Positions 7,900 to 15,884 of a DNA stretch of 64,000 nt are shown in pieces (within the stretch, counting starts at the first letter, position 1; every line of letters begins with the position of its first letter). The notes beneath the pieces were generated by a model that did no database searches, was not told where the DNA came from, and was given only the letters and a program-made list of their open reading frames with translations. The stretch spans positions 106,141-170,140 of the forward strand of contig HF988637.1 of NCBI GenBank assembly GCA_000434675.1, in the 5' to 3' direction. The translations under genes were made by a program, and so were the position numbers. Source of the DNA: Faecalibacterium sp. CAG:1138. GTDB lineage: Bacteria > Bacillota > Clostridia > Christensenellales > CAG-917.

Positions 7900-8262
7900 A
7901 TGAACGTAGAAGAAATCATTAAAAAAGCGGAAAGAAACGAAGGGTTGACTGTGGAAGAAGTAAAAATCTATCAACAAGCAGTTAAACCTATAAAGCACGT
8001 TTACGGCAAGTATGGAACGCTTGCAAAACAGTATATTGAAGAGCATAACTTTGGTAAATTGTTAAGTTTAGCAGGGCAGTTGCCTGAATATTTGCACGGA
8101 GTAGATAAAGCCGCCGAAGAACTTTATGACGTTATGTGGGACAAACTTTCTAAAAGCGAACAGTATTGCCCTACGGGTAATTACTTGGAAGACGTTAAAA
8201 GAATTAACGCTATGAAACAAGTGATTGAAGAAGAGATTTTAAGCGAAATAGTTTATATTTAA
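7900..8262 (+). CDS. tnpV: TnpV-like transposon-encoded protein
   Basis: 'YGKYGTLAKQYIEEHNFGKLLSLAGQLPEYLHGVDKAAEELYD...INAMKQVIEEEILSEIVYI' resembles the TnpV family of Tn4451/Tn4453-type mobilisable transposons. RBS GGGAGGG precedes ATG 7900; the track start at 7747 overlaps the upstream gene. Confidence 0.6.
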   Translation: MNVEEIIKKAERNEGLTVEEVKIYQQAVKPIKHVYGKYGTLAKQYIEEHNFGKLLSLAGQLPEYLHGVDKAAEELYDVMWDKLSKSEQYCPTGNYLEDVKRINAMKQVIEEEILSEIVYI

Positions 8263-8274
8263 GGAGAAAATACA

Positions 8275-8493
8275 ATGGAAAAACAATTAACGCCGAAACA
8301 AAAGGCAAGAATTAAGTATGAAATCGTGCATAAGGAAGAGCGTGAGCAAGCAACAAGACAGTTTAACACGAGACTTCCTGTGAAAGAGCACGATGAAATA
8401 ATGGCTTTCTTAAAACAAAAAAGAATTTCAAAAGTAGATTTGATTAGATTAGGATATCAAACGCTAAGAAAAGAATTTGAAGAAAGCAAATAA
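8275..8493 (+). CDS. Small ribbon-helix-helix-like DNA-binding protein
   Basis: 72 aa. 'RQFNTRLPVKEHDEIMAFLKQKRISKVDLIRLGYQTL' has a strand-helix-helix pattern. RBS AAGGAGAAAA precedes the ATG. Confidence 0.4.
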   Translation: MEKQLTPKQKARIKYEIVHKEEREQATRQFNTRLPVKEHDEIMAFLKQKRISKVDLIRLGYQTLRKEFEESK

Positions 8494-8630
8494 CAGCGGG
8501 ACACTATATGTGCTTAATACACCCGTAATGTCGGGAATTAATAAGGAGAAAAATGATTGAATAGGGCATCCGTATTTATCTTTCCGTTAAAAGTGCGGAT
8601 ATCACCCTATAAAATAAAAATTAAGGAGAA

Positions 8631-8906
8631 TTGAATTATAAGGAATTAAATTTAAGAGAAGAAAAATTAAATAATGAAGTGGAAAATCAAGGTTGCTACA
8701 AAGCCCAAAACGTGGAGAAAATCGACAAGTCAAAAATAAATATGGAGGTGTTAAATAAGATTATCGCGTTTAAGATGTTAGAGATTATGCGTGATAACGA
8801 AATGATTGACGAGCGAGAATACGCCAAAATCGAAAAGAAGCGTTCTCAGTTTGGGGAAAGTGTAGTAAAGCAAAATAAATTATTTAAAGGAGGCGATTTA
8901 ACTTGA
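8631..8906 (+). CDS. Hypothetical protein upstream of and overlapping the serine recombinase start
   Basis: 91-aa ORF with TTG start after RBS AAGGAGAA. It overlaps the next gene by 4 nt. No motif recognised. Confidence 0.35.
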   Translation: MNYKELNLREEKLNNEVENQGCYKAQNVEKIDKSKINMEVLNKIIAFKMLEIMRDNEMIDEREYAKIEKKRSQFGESVVKQNKLFKGGDLT

Positions 8907-10678
8907 TTGAAAACGGAATGGTAATGCCCACTAACGTTAATTTTAACAGGGCAAGGCAAAGAAGAGTGGTTTTCTACGGACGAGTAAGCACGGAACACGA
9001 AGCGCAACTTTCGGCGTTAGAAAATCAGATGCAATGGTACGACGACGTGGCGGATAGAAATCCTAATTGGTATGTTATTAAGAAATATATCGACGAAGGG
9101 ATTACGGGAACGCAAGCGAAAAAGCGACCTGCATTTTTAAGGATGATACAAGACGCTAAACAAAAAAAGTTCGATTTAATCGTAACGAGAGAAGTGTGTA
9201 GATTTGCAAGAAACACGGTTGATACGCTTGTTGTTACGAGAGAGTTAAAAGAGTACGGCATCGAAGTCTATTTTGTGGAAGACAACATTTGGACGATGGA
9301 CGGAGACGGAGAATTAAGACTCACGATTATGGCAACGCTTGCGCAAGAAGAAAGCAGAAAAATTTCCGAACGTGTTCGAGCAGGGCAGAAAATCAGTAGA
9401 GACAAAGGCGTTTTGTATGGAAGTGGTAATATTCTTGGTTATGATAGGGACAAGGCAAAAGGAACTTACGTAATCAACGAAGAACAAGCCGAAACGGTGC
9501 GTATGATTTACGATATGTATTCGGCAGGCAAAGGAATATCTCAAATTCGTGACGAGATGATACGACTTAAAAGAAAAGATAGTTCGGGGTTAGTTAGATG
9601 GGAGAATGCGAAAGTATCACGAGTACTACATAACTCAACCTATAAAGGCTATCCTGCCTACTTAAAATCACGAAGAAATAATTTCCTTGACCAAAAAATT
9701 ATTTTAAACCGTGACGAAGATACCTATCTTTACGTAAAAGGCGATTTTGAGCCGATTATATCCGAAGAGCAATGGGATAGATGCAAGCAAATTAGAGAGC
9801 AACGTACAAGGTATAGAAAATTTCGCACGGAAAACGGGGAAGTTCTTCACAAAACGGGCATTCACGAAAGTAGCGACGTTTGGACGAAGAAATTAAAATG
9901 TAGATGCGGTTATAAAATGCGCAAAAACAAATGGCGTAAGAATAAAAACGGCGAAGTCACCTATGGATATAAATGCTATAACCAACTTAACTATGGTTCT
10001 AAGGATATTAGAATTGAAGCAGGGATTGACGATTCAAAAAGTTGTAATCTTAGAGAAATATGCGATTGGAAATTAGAAATGATGGCAAGGCATATTTTTG
10101 CAGGGTTATGGGGTAACAAGAAAGATATTCTAAATAACGTGTCCTCTTTATATCAAATCGGTGTGTTTCAAGAATATCAAAAAGCGGCGGAAATTAAGGC
10201 AACGGTTGATAAAGAGATAGCAAAGTTAGACGAAAAACTAAAACGCTTAACTCGTATGCGCTTGGAAGACGAAATTCCAAAAGAGTCTTACTTAGAACTC
10301 AAAAAGGAAATTGAGCAAGAGAAAATCGAACTTATAAACAAAAGGCGTATTCTTGATGCGGGGATGGTTCCAAACGAAGACGGGGAAGAAGAGCCTGCAA
10401 AAAAGGTGGAAGACTTCTTGTTGTCGAAAATGGATTTTACCGAACACTACGTAGATAGAGAAGTGATTAAACAGTTCGTTCATACCATTGTTCCCGTAAC
10501 GGAAACGTGCTTTAATTGGTATATGAACTTTGACTTAATTGACGTGCCAAACGACATGAAAAAGTTAGTATGGGAATTTACGATTGATTATAAATCGGCA
10601 AGGTCTTATAGAAAGGAAAAGAACGGTATGCTTAGACCAAATCAATGGCAAGATTTAACGGTAAAAGTGTTTATATAA
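8903..10678 (+). CDS. Large serine recombinase (TnpX/phage-integrase type)
   Basis: Resolvase catalytic domain: 'VVFYGRVSTEHEAQ' (catalytic Ser) and 'DLIVTREVCRFARN'. A recombinase domain follows, then the Cys-rich 'KCRCGYKMRKNKW...YKCYN' zinc ribbon and a C-terminal coiled coil. Total 591 aa. Confidence 0.9.
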   Translation: MIENGMVMPTNVNFNRARQRRVVFYGRVSTEHEAQLSALENQMQWYDDVADRNPNWYVIKKYIDEGITGTQAKKRPAFLRMIQDAKQKKFDLIVTREVCRFARNTVDTLVVTRELKEYGIEVYFVEDNIWTMDGDGELRLTIMATLAQEESRKISERVRAGQKISRDKGVLYGSGNILGYDRDKAKGTYVINEEQAETVRMIYDMYSAGKGISQIRDEMIRLKRKDSSGLVRWENAKVSRVLHNSTYKGYPAYLKSRRNNFLDQKIILNRDEDTYLYVKGDFEPIISEEQWDRCKQIREQRTRYRKFRTENGEVLHKTGIHESSDVWTKKLKCRCGYKMRKNKWRKNKNGEVTYGYKCYNQLNYGSKDIRIEAGIDDSKSCNLREICDWKLEMMARHIFAGLWGNKKDILNNVSSLYQIGVFQEYQKAAEIKATVDKEIAKLDEKLKRLTRMRLEDEIPKESYLELKKEIEQEKIELINKRRILDAGMVPNEDGEEEPAKKVEDFLLSKMDFTEHYVDREVIKQFVHTIVPVTETCFNWYMNFDLIDVPNDMKKLVWEFTIDYKSARSYRKEKNGMLRPNQWQDLTVKVFI

Positions 10679-10905
10679 CATAAGAATGATAAGGGAAAAA
10701 CTTAGAAAAAATTAAAACTGAATACAACCGCTACGGCGGATAAATATATGGATAATAGTATCGTGATAACAGCCTAAAACTAAACGGGCAATTTGTCGCT
10801 AAGGGCAAAAGATAACGAGCACAGGCGAACATCCGTAATCCGAGGGCGACCAAATAAGTCCGAAATCGGCTAAAAAACGCATAATTTATACTAAAACGCA
10901 CGAAA

Positions 10906-10940
10906 AGCAGTCATTCTTGCGAAAGAGTGACTGCTTTTTT
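10906..10940 (+). terminator. Rho-independent terminator downstream of the serine recombinase
   Basis: AGCAGTCA (10906-10913) pairs with TGACTGCT (10928-10935), followed by a T-run. Confidence 0.6.
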
Positions 10941-11061
10941 CTCTGCATTTAGTTCGTCAAAACTCGAAAAATACCCTAAAAAACGGGGGTGGTCAGAAAA
11001 ATGTTACACTTTCCCGTATATACGGATACAGGTAAAAGAGGGCGATAAAAGGAGCGTTTTT

Positions 11062-11616
11062 ATGGTAAAATATATACTTATGATAGAATATCTTTTGAAA
11101 AACAACAACTATTCTCAAGTTGCTACGCTATGCGGATGTTCGCGAATGACGGTATGGCGGGTCTTGCAGCGCATTGATTTTTTGAGTATTTCGCTTGACG
11201 AGATAAAGGAAATGAAGGAAGAAGAACTTCGCTTTTTACTGTTTCCCGAACGGATAAAAAAAGGTAACGGTTATTTGATACCCGACTTCAAATGGGAAGA
11301 ATTTCAAATGAGGAAACATCAATCTTCACTTCGGTTATGTTGGCGAAGATATTGCAAACGCGCTTTGAAACAAAATCTTAAAGCGTATAGTTGGGCAAGC
11401 TTTGTTTTCTTCTATGGTCAATTTCGTAAGCCGTGTTCTGATGAAGATGATCCAAAAGATAAAGTGAGAAACAAGTTGAAACATTATAATTTAATGCTGT
11501 CATATTGCAATCCAAACGGCGAGCAATATCAAAAGTTAAAGAAAGAAAAGGAAGAGTGGCTTAAATCACTACACCTTGACGAAAGCAAAATAGTAGACAA
11601 AACCTATGAGTTATAG
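11062..11616 (+). pseudogene. IS21-family transposase (IstA) N-terminal HTH fragment, lacking the DDE domain
   Basis: 'SQVATLCGCSRMTVWRVL', then '..LFPER.....YLIPDFKWEEFQMRKHQSSLRLCWRRY......AYSWASFVFFY', matches the IstA N-terminal layout (HTH, then LFP..PD...L.LLW.EY...YSYS.F). The ORF ends ~60 aa later with no catalytic domain and no istB. Confidence 0.5.
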
Positions 11617-11744
11617 GATAGTCAATAAATAAAAATGGAATTTATATATACAAAACGATAATAGAAAACACCATTTAAATGATTGCATAAACTCGGATAT
11701 TCGTAAAAGAACATTCGACTTTGTAATTTAATATAAGAAACATA

Positions 11745-11780
11745 AGAGAGAACAAGGATAAATGTTCTCTCTCTTTTTTA
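11745..11780 (+). terminator. Rho-independent terminator
   Basis: AGAGAGAACA-aggataaa-TGTTCTCTCT followed by CTTTTTT. Confidence 0.65.
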
Positions 11781-11856
11781 TGCCGTTTCGAGGGGTGATT
11801 TCCTATTTACGGTGAGAAAAATTATAATAATAACAGTAAATCGAAAGGAGTTTTCA

Positions 11857-12791
11857 ATGAAATACAAAGATTGGTTGGACGTATGGTTTGCGAACTACAT
11901 AGAGCCTTCGTCTAAAACGAAAACGTGCGAAAGATATTCGGAGATTATCGAAAAGCACTTGAAGGTAAAGTTGGGCGAGTACGAGCTTGAAGAACTGTCG
12001 CCCATCGTCATACAGAAGTATATTACCGAACTTATGCAGTCGGGCAATCTGACAACCGGAAAGGGGTTAGCGGCTAATTCCGTAAACAGGATTATTACGG
12101 TTATTCAGAATTCTCTGAAACTTGCGTATACGCTCGGAGAGCTAAAAGAGTACACGACAGACAAAATCAGACTACCGAAAACGAAAGAGAAAGAAGTATC
12201 CTGTTTTTCGCTTGCCGAACAGAAGAAGATAGAGCAGGCGGCGTTATCGAGTAAGAAGCGTAAATTCATCGGGATCGTGATTTGTCTTTATTCGGGTTGC
12301 GTATCGGAGAATTGCTTGCGCTTACTTGGGCAGATATTGATTTCACGAAAGGAACGCTTGCGGTGAACAAAACCTGCCACGACGGGCGAGATGAAAACGG
12401 GAATCTCTGCCGGATCACGGACTTGCCGAAAACAACTTCTTCCAAAAGAATGATTCCGCTTCCGAAGCAGTTGCTTCCCGTTCTGAAAGAATATAAGAGA
12501 AAAAGCATTTCGGAGTATGTTGTGGAATCGGAAAAGGGCGAGCCGCCTACGGTGCGATCTTATCAGAGAACCTTTGAACTTTTGCAAAAGCGTTTGCATA
12601 TTGAGCGTAAAGGTTTCCACTCGCTTCGGCATACGTTTGCTACACGCGCTTTGGAATGCGGGATGGACGTGAAAACATTGGCGGAGATATTGGGGCATAA
12701 AAACGCCACGGTAACGCTGAACAGATACGCCCATTCGCTTATGGAACACAAGCAGGATATGATGAATAAGCTCGGCAAAATTTTCAACTAA
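11857..12791 (+). pseudogene. Tyrosine site-specific recombinase (integrase/invertase family) interrupted by a 1-nt frameshift near 12297
   Basis: The N-terminal SAM-like domain (ORF 11857..12366) reads '..GIVICLYSG'. The text then continues in the next frame as 'LRIGELLALTWADIDF...' (ORF ..12791). The catalytic residues are in 'HSLRHTFATRALECG...LGHKNATVTLNRYAH'. The junction is at 'tcgggttgcg'. Confidence 0.8.
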
Positions 12792-12793
12792 AA

Positions 12794-12999
12794 AAGCCGT
12801 CTGTTAAAGCAATAGGTGAACAAAACCATAGACTTCGGACACCTATCGAGAGTATTTACGAATTTTATTATTTTTCTGACCGCGCGAAAGCACTGAACAT
12901 CGACTTTACTACCGTTTTATGGTATAATAAACATAATATTTGAGCCGTCTATTGCTTTAATAGGCGAACAAAATTCTGCGAGATAATTCACCTATCGGG
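12794..12999 (+). repeat. Module 1: ~57-nt structured repeat units R1 (12794-12850) and R2 (12942-12999) bracketing a promoter; candidate invertible promoter
   Basis: R1 core is CCGTCTGTT-AAAGC-AATAGGTG (12797-12818). R2 core is CCGTCTATT-GCTTT-AATAGGCG (12945-12966). The central pentamers are reverse complements, which gives a perfect 12-bp inverted repeat TTAAAGCAATAG (12804-12815 vs 12949-12960). Confidence 0.6.
12900..12928 (+). promoter_or_regulatory. Extended -10 promoter inside module 1, pointing at the SLOG gene
   Basis: TCGACT (12900-12905), a 17-nt spacer, then TGgTATAAT (12920-12928). Confidence 0.55.
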
Positions 13000-13009
13000 A
13001 GTCATTGAA

Positions 13010-13480
13010 TTGGATATTTTTCGGGTTTCATTTATAGGTCATAGAGTAGTGTACGAGTACCGGCAAGTCGAAGAAGAACTTGACGAAGTAATCGAATTAC
13101 TGCACCGTAAATATGGGTTTATAGACTTTAACGTGGGACGAAACGGCGAGTTTGACGAACTTGCCACACAAGCCGTCAGACGATTCCGAAGAGAATGGGA
13201 AGAGTGGTGCGAGCTTACGCTTGTCGAACCGTATCCCGTGGCGAACTTGGATATTATAGAGAAGTCTTATGATAGCGTTATTATCCCGACCGATAGGAAA
13301 TGCCATTACAAAGCGGCGATAGGAGAACGCAACAAATGGCTTGCCGAGAATTGCGATATGATGGTCGTCTATATCAAGCGTGATTATGGCGGTGCGTATA
13401 AATGCTATAAGTACGCACAGGAACTTGGTGTGCCGATTATGAATATAGCGGATAATATCAAAAATAATTACGAAAAGTAA
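13010..13480 (+). CDS. SLOG-superfamily / DUF1273-like (YpsA-type) protein
   Basis: 156 aa with TTG start after GGGAG. 'VSFIGHR' (compare the xTGHR start of DUF1273 proteins), 'VGRNGEFDELATQAV', '..ERNKWLAENCDMMVVYI...GGAYKCYKYAQELGVPIMNI' follow the Rossmann-like YpsA/DprA-LOG layout. Confidence 0.5.
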   Translation: MDIFRVSFIGHRVVYEYRQVEEELDEVIELLHRKYGFIDFNVGRNGEFDELATQAVRRFRREWEEWCELTLVEPYPVANLDIIEKSYDSVIIPTDRKCHYKAAIGERNKWLAENCDMMVVYIKRDYGGAYKCYKYAQELGVPIMNIADNIKNNYEK

Positions 13481-13535
13481 AAGTAGCGAAAGGTCGGATT
13501 TTTCAACCTTTTTCGCTTGGATAATGTTAGTTAAA

Positions 13536-13740
13536 AAGCCGTCTATTCGCATAATAGGCGAACAATCGAAAGAGTTGTGTTCACCTATCGAAAAGATTTA
13601 TGGAAAAACAAGAGATTTTCACTTGCGCAAAAAGGCTTTATATTGACCTTTCTTCTTTTTTATGGTATAATATAACATAGATTAAAGCCGCCTATTATGC
13701 GAATAGGCGAACAAAATAAAGTGTGTTTGTTCGTCTATCC
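13536..13740 (+). repeat. Module 2: repeat units R3 (13536-13592) and R4 (13685-13740) bracketing the hsdM promoter; candidate invertible promoter
   Basis: R3 core is CCGTCTATT-CGCAT-AATAGGCG (13539-13560). R4 core is CCGCCTATT-ATGCG-AATAGGCG (13688-13709). The pentamers are reverse complements, which gives a perfect 15-bp inverted repeat CTATTCGCATAATAG (13543-13557 vs 13692-13706). Confidence 0.6.
13643..13671 (+). promoter_or_regulatory. Near-consensus promoter inside module 2, pointing at hsdM
   Basis: TTGACC (13643-13648), a 17-nt spacer, then TATAAT (13666-13671), with TG at 13663-13664. Confidence 0.65.
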
Positions 13741-13788
13741 AAAGCAAGAAGCGGTAAATAAAAAGCCGAGAGCAGAGGATAAAGCACG

Positions 13789-15876
13789 ATGAGCGAAAAC
13801 AAGATACTTGATACAATGTGGGACGATAACCCGATAGACATCACGCAGGAAGCGAATTTTATATGGAGCATTGCCAACAAGTTGCGCGGCTCATATATGC
13901 CAGATAAATACGGCGACGTCGTAATTCCTATGACGATTCTGCGCCGTTTCGAGTGTGCGCTTGAAGCCACAAAGCAGGCGGTGTTAAAAGCCTATCAGTC
14001 AAACCCGAATTACCCGTCGAAAGCACTTTGCAAAATCGCGGGGTTTTCGTTCTATAACACGAGCGAGTACGACTTAAAAGAACTCTGCAACGATTCCAAG
14101 CATATTGCGGCGAACTTCAAAAATTATATCAGCGGTTTTTCGGCTAACGTAAAGGACATTTTTGCCGAACTTGAAATGGACAAGCATATCGACAAAATGG
14201 AAAAGGACGGCTGTCTGTATTCCGTTGTCGAGGCGTTTTCCGTGCTTGACCTATCCATAAAAACTTACGACAGTATCAAGATGGGATATATTTTTGAAAA
14301 CCTGATCGGCAGATTTTATCAGAACGTGGACGCCGGACAATTTTATACGGGCAGAGATATTATCAAATTGCTCGTAGAAATTTTGATGGCAGAAGGTTGC
14401 GACGATATTTTCGACAGCCACAAGGTTATTACCGTTCTCGACCAAGCCTGCGGAACGGGCGGTATGCTTTCCACGGCGTATACCTACATAAAACACTATA
14501 ATCCTACGGCGGAAGTCAAACTGTTCGGGCAGGAATTTATGGGGCAGTCTTACGCGGTAGGGCTTGCTGAAATGCTCATTAAAAATCAGGACTCGGATAA
14601 TTTCCGTCACGTCGATACGTTCAAAACCGATTGCTTTGCCGATACGAAAATGCGTTTCGTCATCGAAAACCCGCCGTTCGGCACACCGTGGTCGGGTAAA
14701 GACGCAAAGGACGGACAGGAGCAAGCCGTGCGCGACGAATACGCCAAAGGCGAAACGGGCAGATGGGGACACGGACTTCCGAGCGGTGGCGACTCACAAA
14801 TGATTTTCTTGCAGTCCGCCGTGGACAAAATGGACGACTTTTGCGGCAGAGCGGCGATTATCGAAAACGGCTCGCCGCTGTTTAACGGCGATACCGCTTC
14901 GGGTGAAAGTCAGATTCGCCGTTGGCTTTTGGAAAGCGACCTTATTGAAGCGATTATCGCTTTGCCGACCGATTTGTTCTACAACACGGGCATTCAGACC
15001 TACGTTTGGATTCTCTCGAAAAATAAGCGCAAAGAACGCAAAGGCAAAATACAACTCATCAACGCCGCCGAGATTTACCATAAACTGCGTAAAGCCGTCG
15101 GCAACAAGAAAAACGAAATTACGAGAGAGGACAGAAAGAGAATTACGCACCTTTACGCCGATTTCGTGCCGAGCGACCTTTGCAAGATTTACGATAACAC
15201 GGAGTTTCTTTACAAGGAATATGCCGTTATGCAACCGCTTCAACGCAGTTACGCTATCACGGAAGAGCGTATCGAGAAAATGCTGATGAAAGGCGCGCTT
15301 TCGGGCGTTTACGACGAAGCAAAGATTGCCGACTACGAAAGTCAGGGTGTTGCGCTTGCCGATAAGGATAAGAAAAAATACGAAGAAATGCTTGAAAGAA
15401 AGCCGTTATATGAGGACATTCTGCAAACGCTGAAAGAGCATATCTCGGACAAGGTGTATAAAGAACCGGAAAGTTTCATCAAGTGCCTTTCGGGAATTTT
15501 GTCGTGCGATAAAAAACTGACAGAGCGTATCGCGGACGGGCTTTCCGAGATGGACAAAACGGCGGAAATTCAGCGTGATAAAAAGGGCAATATTATTTAC
15601 GACAAAGAAACGCGCGACACCGAAATTGTGAAATATACCGAGGATATAGAAACCTATATGGCGCGTGAAGTGCTGCCTTACGTTCCGGACGCGAAATGGT
15701 TTTGGGAAGAAAATCTCGGCGCGAAAAAGCCCGTGATAAAAATCGGCGCAGAAATACCTTTTACAAGATATTTCTACAAGTACACTGAGCCTGAAAAGAG
15801 CGAAGTGTTGGAAGAAAAATTCCTAACGCTTGAAGAATCTGTTTCGGCTCGTATTGCCACATTATTCAAAAAGTGA
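13789..15876 (+). CDS. hsdM: Type I restriction-modification system, DNA methyltransferase subunit M (long form)
   Basis: SAM motif I 'VLDQACGTGGML' and catalytic motif IV 'VIENPPFG'. 695 aa. Followed directly by hsdS. Confidence 0.92.
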   Translation: MSENKILDTMWDDNPIDITQEANFIWSIANKLRGSYMPDKYGDVVIPMTILRRFECALEATKQAVLKAYQSNPNYPSKALCKIAGFSFYNTSEYDLKELCNDSKHIAANFKNYISGFSANVKDIFAELEMDKHIDKMEKDGCLYSVVEAFSVLDLSIKTYDSIKMGYIFENLIGRFYQNVDAGQFYTGRDIIKLLVEILMAEGCDDIFDSHKVITVLDQACGTGGMLSTAYTYIKHYNPTAEVKLFGQEFMGQSYAVGLAEMLIKNQDSDNFRHVDTFKTDCFADTKMRFVIENPPFGTPWSGKDAKDGQEQAVRDEYAKGETGRWGHGLPSGGDSQMIFLQSAVDKMDDFCGRAAIIENGSPLFNGDTASGESQIRRWLLESDLIEAIIALPTDLFYNTGIQTYVWILSKNKRKERKGKIQLINAAEIYHKLRKAVGNKKNEITREDRKRITHLYADFVPSDLCKIYDNTEFLYKEYAVMQPLQRSYAITEERIEKMLMKGALSGVYDEAKIADYESQGVALADKDKKKYEEMLERKPLYEDILQTLKEHISDKVYKEPESFIKCLSGILSCDKKLTERIADGLSEMDKTAEIQRDKKGNIIYDKETRDTEIVKYTEDIETYMAREVLPYVPDAKWFWEENLGAKKPVIKIGAEIPFTRYFYKYTEPEKSEVLEEKFLTLEESVSARIATLFKK

Positions 15877-15884
15877 GGTGCAAT

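Larger units (their letters stand above)
1..10940 (+). mobile_element. Mobilisable-transposon-like element (left end outside window): cargo + oriT?/mobC/relaxase + tnpV + large serine recombinase
   Basis: The gene content parallels Tn4451-class elements (TnpV, Mob, TnpX-like recombinase). It is AT-rich relative to the core and ends with a terminator at 10906-10940. The exact ends are not determined. Confidence 0.5.

Noticed and set aside
8494-8630. Intergenic region with the mini-ORF 'MIE*' and the imperfect repeat CATCCG..CGGAT, considered as attP/att or a small RNA
   Set aside because: The repeat is short and imperfect, there is no terminator or promoter pair, and the evidence is insufficient.
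12288-12749. 153-aa minus-strand ORF inside the tyrosine recombinase gene (also 13097-13552 opposite the SLOG gene)
   Set aside because: It is antisense to ORFs with clear catalytic motifs and shows no independent evidence.
12794-13740. The four ~57-nt repeats considered as a mini CRISPR array or MITE
   Set aside because: Spacing is irregular (about 148, 594 and 149 bp). The 'spacers' contain promoters and a full gene. There is no cas gene or leader, and no terminal inverted repeats or target-site duplication typical of a MITE.
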